Positions 47,371 to 56,672 of a stretch of DNA of 64,000 nucleotides are shown here, piece by piece; positions within the stretch are counted from its first letter, which is position 1, and every line of letters starts with the position of its first letter. Both the position numbers and the translations under genes were made by a program. The DNA is from Candidatus Pacebacteria bacterium CG_4_9_14_0_2_um_filter_40_15 (lineage in GTDB: Bacteria; Patescibacteriota; Microgenomatia; UBA1400; PJMF01), in NCBI GenBank assembly GCA_002788675.1, contig PFRS01000001.1:234706-298705 (forward strand). Reading direction: 5' to 3'. Under the pieces are notes generated by a model. It was not told the DNA's origin and did not search any database. It saw nothing but the letters and a program-made list of their open reading frames with translations.

Positions 47371-49287
47371 TTATTTGGAGAAAGAGGCAATTTGTGATTT
47401 AAATTCATTTTGGTTTGCTTGAAAGACGGTAATAATTTTTTTTGCCGTTTTTTCTGGTTCTAACACAAACTCTGAAAGATTTACTTTTTTTGAAAGATAT
47501 AAAAGTATTGGGTGAGCTAATATTCTCACAGAATCGAAGAACTCATTGAAGAGAAGATCGCTCACATCCACAGATTTCTTTAATGATTCTTTTAATAGAA
47601 ATAATACATAGTCAAAGCTTTTCATGTCCTCATTATTTGAGACACCTTTTTTAAAGGCACTTTCAAGAACAGAAAAACTTTGTTCAGGATTATTGAGCAA
47701 ATCATTTTTAAGATTTTGACGTAATGCCTCTAGCTGAGCATGTTCGGATTTTGTTAAAACCAGATCATCATTTCCGCGAGAGTCACCTCTCAGGGCCCAA
47801 CCACAAGGTCCAATGGGTATGCCGTCTTCAGATAACTGGAGAGAATTTGATTTAAAGAAATCAGAGTATTCCTTGTGGTGTTCTGCTTTAATGAACCAAG
47901 TTTCTCCATTAGATAAGCGAAGTGGTAAATACTGCAATGTGTTTAGATAGTGTAATGCCTCAATTTTTTCTTTTGGTCCTAGGCTTGTTAGCATGCCTGG
48001 AATTGTTGGAATTGGTATTCCTGGAATAGCAGAAAGTATTTGTTCTGACATCATTCTAGTTGGAATAAATGTGCCTATGCCACATTGTCCAAGGCTTAAG
48101 CCTTTTGAAGTTGTTGAGAGAAGCATATTAGAAAGTGAATTATGCTCATCCACTAGATCAGATTGAATTTTTTGACCATGTAGTTTTCTTACATTTAAAT
48201 CATATATTTTGAGTAATCCATTTTTAACTTTATCTTGAGTAAGGTCTTGAATTTGCAGATCTGATGTATTATTGCTTTTCATTAACTTCAAGTAGTTTGT
48301 TTTGTTTGTGTTATTTGTATCACTCCCTTCTACCCACTTTATGAGTGGTTGATAGGCGAGAATGCCAAAAGCAATATCCAACTGCTTAATGAGCTGAGCG
48401 TATTCTTTTGACTGAACAAAATTCATCCAAAGTGGGTCAGTATGACTTTCAACTTCGGGTACTTTTGATAGTAATAGTGGAATAACTTTGCTAATATACA
48501 GGCTTAATAAAAAGTCCCTAAATTGAGCATATTTTTGTTCATCAATTTGTGGCATTTCGTGTGGTTTAACCTTCCAGGAATCAGATGACGAATAGGCTTT
48601 TTTTTCTAGTAATGAAACACATTCAAGTGTGGTGGAACAGTTTAAGTCTTTGGGTGAAACGATTTGTGTGTTATTAATTATTTTATGCGAGTCTATTCGT
48701 GAAGAGTTATCAAAACCTTCGTTTTGGGTAATGAACTTTTGAAAATCCAAATGATCTTGAAGGCTCATCCATGTTCTGTACTGATGAAGTACTACTGTGG
48801 TAGGTGAAGTCTTTTCATATACAAAAATAAATGAATGTGAATTAAGTCCAGCATATCCCTCTGAGACTAGCCCAGGAGGACTGTTCCAAACAAATAACTG
48901 GCCGACCGGTGCGGTAGAAGACCACAAGTCAAGTTTAATCATGTTGTTGGTTTCAATTTGGGCTCGACTTGGTGATTTTTTTTGATTGATGAGTTTATCT
49001 TCAAAATGTTCACCCATACCAAGAATACCTGCGGTGTAAGAACTCATCATTCCAAGAAGTCCATTCTGTTGATCGACGTCCATCTGAAAAGCAGAAATTA
49101 CTTCACCTCTAGTATATTCAGCGGCAAACGAAATGAAATTAGCTGTTAACAGTGTTGAAAGTGCATCAAAATCACGATATTCAGATAAAGCCGCGATGCG
49201 CACATACGCTGCGGCATCCCATTGATCAAACTGACTAACAACAGCTTCTTTCTGATTTATAGGGTTGCGTGATTCTTTTTGTAACAA
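47371..49287 (-). CDS. Hypothetical protein (638 aa), first gene of the T4SS-like operon
   Basis: No recognisable motif; TTG start at 49287 overlaps the U-tract of the leader hairpin; true start uncertain. Confidence 0.4.
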   Translation of the reverse strand: MLQKESRNPINQKEAVVSQFDQWDAAAYVRIAALSEYRDFDALSTLLTANFISFAAEYTRGEVISAFQMDVDQQNGLLGMMSSYTAGILGMGEHFEDKLINQKKSPSRAQIETNNMIKLDLWSSTAPVGQLFVWNSPPGLVSEGYAGLNSHSFIFVYEKTSPTTVVLHQYRTWMSLQDHLDFQKFITQNEGFDNSSRIDSHKIINNTQIVSPKDLNCSTTLECVSLLEKKAYSSSDSWKVKPHEMPQIDEQKYAQFRDFLLSLYISKVIPLLLSKVPEVESHTDPLWMNFVQSKEYAQLIKQLDIAFGILAYQPLIKWVEGSDTNNTNKTNYLKLMKSNNTSDLQIQDLTQDKVKNGLLKIYDLNVRKLHGQKIQSDLVDEHNSLSNMLLSTTSKGLSLGQCGIGTFIPTRMMSEQILSAIPGIPIPTIPGMLTSLGPKEKIEALHYLNTLQYLPLRLSNGETWFIKAEHHKEYSDFFKSNSLQLSEDGIPIGPCGWALRGDSRGNDDLVLTKSEHAQLEALRQNLKNDLLNNPEQSFSVLESAFKKGVSNNEDMKSFDYVLFLLKESLKKSVDVSDLLFNEFFDSVRILAHPILLYLSKKVNLSEFVLEPEKTAKKIITVFQANQNEFKSQIASFSK

Positions 49288-49560
49288 AAAACTCCTCGAT
49301 TGAGGAGCAGGGGCGGTTACCTTGAGGAAACAAAGAGTAATGCCCGATGCTCGTCGGTTTATTTTTCCTCACCGACCGGGCTTAGCACTTTAGATGCATT
49401 ACCGTTGCGGCACAGCTCTGGATTCACACCAGATTCCGTGAGGTTCTATTACTTTACTCACAATTAGGTGTAGTTGCAATAGGAAAACTTGATGAAAACG
49501 CAATAAAATTTTCTTTTAAGTCACTAAATTGCTCAGATTTTACACTCTTCAATACACCTG
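49288..49560 (-). ncRNA. Structured 5' leader (candidate riboswitch or attenuator) of the T4SS-like operon
   Basis: On minus strand: stems CCTCAC...GTGAGG and CTGGTGTGAATCCAG, then hairpin GCTCCTC-AATC-GAGGAG + UUUUUUG that sequesters the GAGGAG SD immediately before the TTG start. Confidence 0.3.
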
Positions 49561-49589
49561 TTTAACATCGAGTGAAGATGATATAATTA

Positions 49590-52500
49590 ATGAGTATGGG
49601 TAGATCAGAGTCAATATCAACACCACTATCTGAACAGTACAAGGCGTTAGTTGTTGATCTTGTTAATGCTATTAAGGCTAAGGATTTTGTTTCAGCTGCT
49701 AACAAAATGTCTGATATTCAGATGGTCATTTCGTATGAGATAGCCACTACAGATTATTCGAATCTAGATAATGAACGTAAATACCCAGGCCTTGCAGATT
49801 TTAATTATTTTTTTGGTGATATTGAAACAGATTGGCAAGAGATTCCCTATTTAGCAGCCCAGATTTCAGATGTGGAACCCGCTGCAGCAGTTGTAGCGGA
49901 TGATGTTGAGCCGGTAGCCTCCAAACCTGTTGCAGCTGAAGCTCCCGTAGCCCCAGAAAATAAAGAAAAAACATGGATTCAAGAATATGAAGAGAAGAGA
50001 ATAGCGTTGGCTCGACTAACGTATGCAACTCAAAAAGCTTCTGATGCAAGCTTTGCTCAAAACTTTGATTTCTTTAATGAGCTTTTAGCTGCAGATGAAG
50101 AGACGGATATTCAAGAGCTTATTGATTCAAATAAAATTGATCCGGTTGATCATTCGATTGTTGAAAAAATTAACGAACTTGTTGCGGAAATAAACCTTAG
50201 GATTCAAACTGAGTCTCTTGGAGATGAAAAAGAAAAATATGATGTTCAAAGAGAGCTAGTAGGACAATTAAAAGAATCTGTTAGATCATTTGAACCAGTA
50301 CTGGTTGCTAACAAACTATTTACTGATGTTGTCTCCTCTTATAGTTCAATACTTGTCGTAAGATCAACGTTTGACCCAGGATCCTATGATTCAATAGATC
50401 TGTTTGAAGCAGAACTAAAAACAACAACAAAAAAACTTGCTGGCATAACATCAAAGATTGATGCTTTAGATTCGATTTCAACACAACTTGATCAAAAAGA
50501 GAGAGTTAATTTTTTGCGAGAAGTTGTCTCACGAGTTTCTCGAATAATTTCAAATGGAGAAAATGAAGTTGAAACCTCTCGCAAACTCTTACAAGATGCT
50601 GAGTATATTGACTTTGTTGCAGAAGTTGATAAGAAAACAGAACTTTCCAGTCTTACTTCTGAAGTTGCTCGTCCACCAGCAGATGTCACTACGTCTGATA
50701 TAGATATTGATCGAAGAATTGACAGGTTGAAGCAAAAACTTGCTGAGTTTAAGGCCGCTATACAAGCAGACCCTTCGTTTAGTGATGCTGCAAAAGAACA
50801 GTATTTAAGAACTGATTTTAATGGTTTTGAAAAATCTGTGACAGAAAAAGCAGCATTACTTCAATTCCAAATGGATTCTAATACCACTTATAGAAAGTTG
50901 CTTGATTTAACTACAAAAGTTGCGGCAGGTGTTTCTGAAGATGAGCTGGAAAAAATTCGAGTAGAGGCAGAAAGCTACAATGGTCAAATAACAGAGTTAG
51001 AATCACGCAAAGATGCTCAACTTACTACGTACGTTGATACCCTTACTAAGGTCTATTATGATCTGTTAAAAGTCACAAAATCTAAGATTGAATCTGAAAG
51101 AAAGACGTCAGTCTTTAAAAAGCTTGAAGAAAGATTAGAAAAAGCCACTCAAACAGCAACATACGTTGTTGATTCTCATCACGATGAAGTATGGGAGACA
51201 TATGAATCTATACAACAAGCCTATGAGTCGTTTGCAGAATCATACGGAAGCAATGAAGAATTCGAAAAGAAACTTAAAATTGAATTTTATAAAATTTATC
51301 GAAGATCCATGCTTGCTGCACTTGATGAAATTGAAAGAGAAGAGCAGCCGTCCCCAGCATGGAAATCAATATTTCAAGATAAAATACTTGGAAAATCACA
51401 AAATCTTGTTCAGGATATTGTTGGAATTAGTCTGGGTAGCTTAGATGATTTTACTGAGGCAGTAAAAACTAAAGGGACTGCTGGTGCAGTTACGGTAGAT
51501 ACTCGAACCTTAACACTGCATGAGCAAAATTTAATTGAAGATTTTAATAAACTCAGAACAGAGTACGTGTCAAGAAAGTTTTTACATCTCAGCTGGACTG
51601 CAAATAGAGTTGGTGTTCTTGGTAGAGGTGAAGGAACAAGAACCTTTCCAAACTTAAATATAGATGAAAATTGGCCAATTGGTGTCGTACTTAACTACCT
51701 AATGAAGGATGGACTTCGAAGTAGTGAAGTAGGAGATGGTCAAATCTTAAGTGAAATTACCAATCCGATTATGGAAATTCAAAGGGTCGATCACCCACTT
51801 GGATTCTCGACAGATGCGGACGGAAATTTAGTTGCAACAGAAGGTGATGTTGCTCTATACGATGCTTCGAAAAGAGGTACAACCAAGCATGACGTTGCAC
51901 TTTTTGAAGATGTCTTCCTGGCGATGGATGATTGGGTTGCCGGCACTATTAAAGCAAGAAGAGGCACGGGAGATGTTCATAATGATGTTGATGGTGTAGC
52001 TGAAGACATCATGCTGTTCTTACAAAAAAAATATCCAGATAGAAAAGATGAAATAACAAAAGGAGATGTAAGAAGAGCTGTTAGATCATATCTTATCGTT
52101 ACGTATCATCAGTCGGTGAGATCGCACCGCAGTGCGATTTTATCAGATAAAATGATGTATCAGTGTTCATTTTACCTGTACAGTGAAAAGTATTCTGAGG
52201 ATGGTACTGCTGGATGGAATCCGAATTTTGTTAAGGCCATGTATGCCTATCCGTATCCTGCAGGATCTGATCTGAGCAGGGTAGATCCAATGTATGTGAC
52301 TAAGGGAAATTATGTGAATACGATTCCTGTGATTCTCGGAGAACATCCTGATATTGATGCTGAAAAACATTGGATATTTAGGGTTCTTGAAGGTAAGCCT
52401 TTTACTCAAATGGAGAATGCTTTGCGCGATGAAGGCTTTTTGGTCGACATGCAAACAGCATTTAATCATTCTGATGGAAGACCTAAAACCTTTGCTGAAC

Positions 52501-53372
52501 TAGATCCTAAAATTCAAGCTCGATTGGAAGAAGATCACTTTGTTGGCTATAATTTCTTACTTCGACCACTTATTAGAATGGCTGATACAACTCAAACTGC
52601 TCGGACAAAAGATGTTATTTTGGACACTCCAGATCCTGTAACGGGCAAACATTACAGAAGAGAAACTGTTCCAGATGAAAAAGATGCTGGTGAAATGTAT
52701 ACTCAAATGCCACCGATGGCAACAGTTTTTCTAAAGGATAAAAATGGAAATATTATTAGATATCGTGAAAAAGATGGTAGAAAAACCAGAGCAGTATCTC
52801 TCTTTGACCTCAGAAATGAAAATGACCAGATTATGTATGGTCTGATTGATTGGGACAAATATAGTATTGATTTAGCTTCAGAAGTAACTGGTTTGCATAA
52901 AAATGGTGCAAATTTCTTGGACAATTTCTTAAAGACTAAAGACGTTCTTAAATCATTAGAAGATCCAGCAAAGGTTTCAGAATTATTAAATGACGCAAAA
53001 TATGTATTGCGTCACTTACCGGATCTTGGACAGTATATTGCTGCAGGAATTCACGCAACAGATGAAGTAAAAGCCCAAGGATATGATAGTCCATATTACA
53101 TGTTAGACAAAGGATTTATGAGAACAATCATTGCTCAAATGGTCTTTCATGGTTGTTTAGCTCGAATGCTAAGTGATGAAAAACCCTGGAGAATGGCTGA
53201 TGTGCAATCATATTTAATTAAACTCTTAAGACCTGAAAGTAATGCTATATCTGTTGAAACAGCTGAAGCAATATATATCTCTCTCAATGCCGCACTCGGT
53301 CGCAAAGCTATGGTTAAAGCTGTGGTTGATCAGGCTAGAGTACAATTCAGAGAGAGATTTAAACACTCTTAG
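49590..53372 (+). CDS. Giant (1260 aa) soluble hypothetical protein, divergent from the T4SS-like operon
   Basis: No signal peptide, TM or catalytic motif recognised; coiled-coil-rich N-terminal half; TATAAT directly abuts the first ATG (possible leaderless start; second ATG at 49596). Confidence 0.5.
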   Translation: MSMGRSESISTPLSEQYKALVVDLVNAIKAKDFVSAANKMSDIQMVISYEIATTDYSNLDNERKYPGLADFNYFFGDIETDWQEIPYLAAQISDVEPAAAVVADDVEPVASKPVAAEAPVAPENKEKTWIQEYEEKRIALARLTYATQKASDASFAQNFDFFNELLAADEETDIQELIDSNKIDPVDHSIVEKINELVAEINLRIQTESLGDEKEKYDVQRELVGQLKESVRSFEPVLVANKLFTDVVSSYSSILVVRSTFDPGSYDSIDLFEAELKTTTKKLAGITSKIDALDSISTQLDQKERVNFLREVVSRVSRIISNGENEVETSRKLLQDAEYIDFVAEVDKKTELSSLTSEVARPPADVTTSDIDIDRRIDRLKQKLAEFKAAIQADPSFSDAAKEQYLRTDFNGFEKSVTEKAALLQFQMDSNTTYRKLLDLTTKVAAGVSEDELEKIRVEAESYNGQITELESRKDAQLTTYVDTLTKVYYDLLKVTKSKIESERKTSVFKKLEERLEKATQTATYVVDSHHDEVWETYESIQQAYESFAESYGSNEEFEKKLKIEFYKIYRRSMLAALDEIEREEQPSPAWKSIFQDKILGKSQNLVQDIVGISLGSLDDFTEAVKTKGTAGAVTVDTRTLTLHEQNLIEDFNKLRTEYVSRKFLHLSWTANRVGVLGRGEGTRTFPNLNIDENWPIGVVLNYLMKDGLRSSEVGDGQILSEITNPIMEIQRVDHPLGFSTDADGNLVATEGDVALYDASKRGTTKHDVALFEDVFLAMDDWVAGTIKARRGTGDVHNDVDGVAEDIMLFLQKKYPDRKDEITKGDVRRAVRSYLIVTYHQSVRSHRSAILSDKMMYQCSFYLYSEKYSEDGTAGWNPNFVKAMYAYPYPAGSDLSRVDPMYVTKGNYVNTIPVILGEHPDIDAEKHWIFRVLEGKPFTQMENALRDEGFLVDMQTAFNHSDGRPKTFAELDPKIQARLEEDHFVGYNFLLRPLIRMADTTQTARTKDVILDTPDPVTGKHYRRETVPDEKDAGEMYTQMPPMATVFLKDKNGNIIRYREKDGRKTRAVSLFDLRNENDQIMYGLIDWDKYSIDLASEVTGLHKNGANFLDNFLKTKDVLKSLEDPAKVSELLNDAKYVLRHLPDLGQYIAAGIHATDEVKAQGYDSPYYMLDKGFMRTIIAQMVFHGCLARMLSDEKPWRMADVQSYLIKLLRPESNAISVETAEAIYISLNAALGRKAMVKAVVDQARVQFRERFKHS

Positions 53373-53415
53373 GCAGTGTTCAAATGGCAATATAAAATGC
53401 ATTTAAATATAAAAA

Positions 53416-53441
53416 AAGCTCATATTTTATGAGCTTTTTTT
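53416..53441 (+). terminator. Intrinsic terminator after the 1260-aa gene
   Basis: aagctcat-attt-atgagctt followed by TTTTTTTG. Confidence 0.55.
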
Positions 53442-53650
53442 GATTATCTGGACTTGTCTAGTTTATGAACCTGCACGGTTATTATTGGCGTCTTCAGAAT
53501 TATTTTTTTGTGAATGAGTAGTATTAAATTTTCTGCTGGATTTTTGTGAAATGACTAATCTGTGAAGAGGTAAAGGGAGTGAAGTATTAATATCTCTCAG
53601 CTTAGCTTTGGGATCAGTTGTATCTTGTTGCACTATTGCGTTCCTTATTG

Positions 53651-55429
53651 TTAACTACCTGCTCTATCTTCATTTGAATTTGCTCCGCCAGCTGGTACTG
53701 CACCTGTTGAGCTTGTCTCAGCACCTCTATTACTTGGAGCCTGAACTCCACCTCTACCAGACAAGCCAGCATTTCGTAATGCCATATCATTAAGTACACG
53801 TTTTGCAATTTGGCCTGATTTACTTTCATTTCTTTCAAGTCTTCTTTGGGCTTGTCCAATTGACTCACCAACTAGGAATTGACCAGCTTCTTGTTTAGCT
53901 GCGTTGTAGGTAGATCTTATAAGTGGTTTAGCAACTTTTATACCAGTAGGAACAGCTGCACCAATTGCTGCGCCTCTCCCCGCACCTTTCCAGAAGCTAC
54001 CACCTTTACTCTTAGCTCTTACACCACCAATTGCTGCTCCAGCAGCACTTGATCCTGCTGATGCACCTAGGAAGGCACCACCCTTCATGATATTTTTAGC
54101 TCCGACGCCCTTATATCCTTCCCATCCTTTTTTAGCTCTATCCGTAGCCCAACCAGCAACCTTAGTTCCAAAGCCTTCTTTAGCGCCGACTTTTTCTTTT
54201 ATTTCTTTCACAATTTCAGGCATGGCCAAAATAAGTGCCAGCCCCATTAAAGATGAAATTGCTCCTGCTTGTCCACGACCAAGTAAGAAAGGAGGCATAA
54301 AGCCGCCACTTGTAGCGTTACCTAAGTCAGTAAATTGGTTGTAGAGAATAACTATAAAAAGAACTGTTGGGAATGCCGCTAAGTTTCCTGCGACATTGCG
54401 TAGCCAAGGTACGAAGGCATTATTACCTGGAATGGCACCCATCATGAGTGTAATTGGCGAGATAACAGTTGCAATAACCACGTTTGCGTAACTCTTAAGG
54501 AGTTCAAAGAAAAGTTTAAAAGTACCAAATATAACGGCGACGGTCAAAATTAAGGTGAGCGTCATGCCTCCAACAAATCCAAACGCAGTAGTCAGTCCAT
54601 TGTCGGCACTGACTAGGTTTGAGAGCATATTAGTAATGAGGTCAACATTCTGGTTAAATGATCCAGCAACGTTTCCAAACAAAAGTCCTCCAATTTGGAG
54701 AATATTAAAGTCGATTACATTAGCATCAGCCAGGCGTGTATCAAAGATACCAATCATTAGGAACATAAGCAGATACATTAAATCAATCATGAATCCAGCA
54801 ATAGCATACGAAAAGGTAACAAAGAGCAGCGACACAATTATACTTGGGATAGCTTGTTGTGCGGTTACGTCTGCACCATTCACTTTATTCCGGAACATAA
54901 TCATAAAACCAATAATCATGAATACAAACACAAAGAATAAGTAGGCCATATTTCGGAATGTTTTCCAGAGAGAAAGAATTGGATCAAGAGCAGCAAAGCC
55001 AAGTCCTTGAGCATACGCTGGAGTAGCAATGTGTGCGCTCTTCATAACGTCGGCAACATAGGTTCCTGTGCTTGCTGGAGGGTTTGCATACATCTGGCCG
55101 ATTAAGTAGACGAAGCCGCTTGAAACCATGTTTGGTTGTGGGACACTCGAACCAGGTCCGGTTCCGGTTCCACCAGCAGATGGAGGAGTACTTTGGGCTG
55201 GCGCATTTGCAATTTCAAATTGAATATATTTATAAACATGATGCACCAAACACTCCAAAGAAGGAGTGCCGCAGTCTTGGATAGCTTCATTATATGAATC
55301 TTTTAAGGCTGATTCGTAGGCAGGACTAAAAGGACTTTCGCCTTGAGCTTGCACGCTAGCAGGGTTCCCAAAACCAATAAGGAATACAAACGCAACTGCT
55401 AGTAGTGCGGTGAGGGCTCGTTTGAGCAT
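53651..55429 (-). CDS. TrbL/VirB6-like polytopic T4SS membrane protein with Gly/Ala/Ser-rich C-terminal tail
   Basis: Signal peptide (AVAFVFLIGFGNPASVQAQ); 6-7 TM helices in the central region; C-terminal about 200 aa of GAxxGA low complexity, typical of TrbL/VirB6 family members. Confidence 0.55.
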   Translation of the reverse strand: MLKRALTALLAVAFVFLIGFGNPASVQAQGESPFSPAYESALKDSYNEAIQDCGTPSLECLVHHVYKYIQFEIANAPAQSTPPSAGGTGTGPGSSVPQPNMVSSGFVYLIGQMYANPPASTGTYVADVMKSAHIATPAYAQGLGFAALDPILSLWKTFRNMAYLFFVFVFMIIGFMIMFRNKVNGADVTAQQAIPSIIVSLLFVTFSYAIAGFMIDLMYLLMFLMIGIFDTRLADANVIDFNILQIGGLLFGNVAGSFNQNVDLITNMLSNLVSADNGLTTAFGFVGGMTLTLILTVAVIFGTFKLFFELLKSYANVVIATVISPITLMMGAIPGNNAFVPWLRNVAGNLAAFPTVLFIVILYNQFTDLGNATSGGFMPPFLLGRGQAGAISSLMGLALILAMPEIVKEIKEKVGAKEGFGTKVAGWATDRAKKGWEGYKGVGAKNIMKGGAFLGASAGSSAAGAAIGGVRAKSKGGSFWKGAGRGAAIGAAVPTGIKVAKPLIRSTYNAAKQEAGQFLVGESIGQAQRRLERNESKSGQIAKRVLNDMALRNAGLSGRGGVQAPSNRGAETSSTGAVPAGGANSNEDRAGS

Positions 55430-55654
55430 ATATCACTATTATATCAAGAAATAAAGTAAATGACACATAAGAAAACTTTGCCTGGCTACTGCACTTATGA
55501 GAACCTCTTGAGGACGTAAGGAATACTTAAACGAATGTATACCTATTGTATAGTCCAAAGGGGGAGTGAGTTTTTGGCGAACGATTCTCATAAATGCAGT
55601 AGTCAGGACAACTTGTACCTGGAAAGATCTAGTTTGGTATAGTAGAATGCACGT

Positions 55655-56617
55655 ATGTTAGATCAGGCTCAGTTAAATACAATTCGATCCTATTTTGAAC
55701 AGGCCCATACAGTTACCATCGTTTGCGGGGTAGAACCCAGCATTGATGTTTTGGCCGCAGTTTCCGTTTTAAACCAAGCCCTTGCTTCTCAAGGAAAAGA
55801 AATTCAGTTAGTCAGTCCAAATACTATAGATTCTCCCGTTGTTTCAGGACTGGGTGGGGTAGAAGACTCAATTGGTAATCAGAACTTGGTTGTAAGTTTT
55901 CCCTATGATGAAACAGCTGTCGACAAGGTGAGTTATCATATTGGTGAAGATTCAGGTCAGTTTTTTCTTACCATAAAGCCAAAAAAAGGTCATGATCCTT
56001 TAGATTCTAATCAAGTTGAGTTCACCTATGCAGGAGTTGAAAGTGATTTGCTTGTACTGGTTGGTGTGACAAACTTCGATGAACTCAACCAGCTCTACGT
56101 TGGATATGAAGAGTTCTTTGAGAAAACTCCAAAAATTTCATTTACTGCTAATGGTTCTAAACTCGGAAACGTAAATATTTCATCTACAGGCTATTCGTCG
56201 ATTAGTGAATGCTTATTGGTTCTCTTAAACAGCTTACAAATCGATTTTTCAGTTGATAGTGCGACTAATTTGTTCTCGGCAATCGATGTGGAAACTGATT
56301 ACATGCGCTCACTAAAGGCAAGCGCTATTACTTTTGAAGCTGTGGCTCAACTCATGAGACTCGGTGCTCGCAGAGTAAGGCCTGAAAAACTACAAAAGCA
56401 AGATGTTGGGCAGAAAGTTTCGACTCGTCCTCTACAAGAAACAGAAATAGCAATTTCAAGTTCAAAATCACAAAAGAAACAAGATTCTCTAACTGAACAA
56501 CAAAATCAATCTAAGAAGATGAAACTGAAAAAACACAAACAGTCTCTTCCTAAAGATACAAGAAACCAACCTGGTGGTCTTAAGTATGATCCATCTAATG
56601 GTATTTCACGAAACTAA
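55655..56617 (+). CDS. DHH/NrnA-like fold protein with degenerate catalytic motifs
   Basis: Layout resembles NrnA-type DHH phosphoesterases (VTIVCGVEPSIDVLAAVSVLNQAL; LVLVGVTNFDEL), but the canonical DHH and GGGH motifs were not seen. Confidence 0.3.
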   Translation: MLDQAQLNTIRSYFEQAHTVTIVCGVEPSIDVLAAVSVLNQALASQGKEIQLVSPNTIDSPVVSGLGGVEDSIGNQNLVVSFPYDETAVDKVSYHIGEDSGQFFLTIKPKKGHDPLDSNQVEFTYAGVESDLLVLVGVTNFDELNQLYVGYEEFFEKTPKISFTANGSKLGNVNISSTGYSSISECLLVLLNSLQIDFSVDSATNLFSAIDVETDYMRSLKASAITFEAVAQLMRLGARRVRPEKLQKQDVGQKVSTRPLQETEIAISSSKSQKKQDSLTEQQNQSKKMKLKKHKQSLPKDTRNQPGGLKYDPSNGISRN

Positions 56618-56672
56618 CTAGTCACTCTTTTTTCACAAAATTGTATGTCGAGTAGTTGCATCCGCAACATGG

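Noticed and set aside
49330-49460. Possible RNase P RNA or tmRNA fragment. ACCGACCGGGCUUAGCAC on the plus strand resembles the RNase P P4 3' strand ACAGAACCCGGCUUA, and CUCUGGAUUCACACCAG resembles the tmRNA 5' UCUGGAUUCGAC.
   Set aside because: No partner 5' P4 strand (GGAAAGUCCGG) and no GGGG...CCA acceptor pairing within reach. The region is only about 270 nt and sits between two protein genes, and the minus-strand terminator or SD-hairpin interpretation explains it better.
49590-53372. Relaxase (HUH) identity for the 1260-aa protein
   Set aside because: No convincing HxH or catalytic Tyr motif arrangement; HHDEV does not fit the HUH pattern. Left as hypothetical.
53614-53871. 85-aa minus ORF at the TrbL-like gene end
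   Set aside because: Out-of-frame overlap with the TrbL/VirB6-like gene; shadow ORF.
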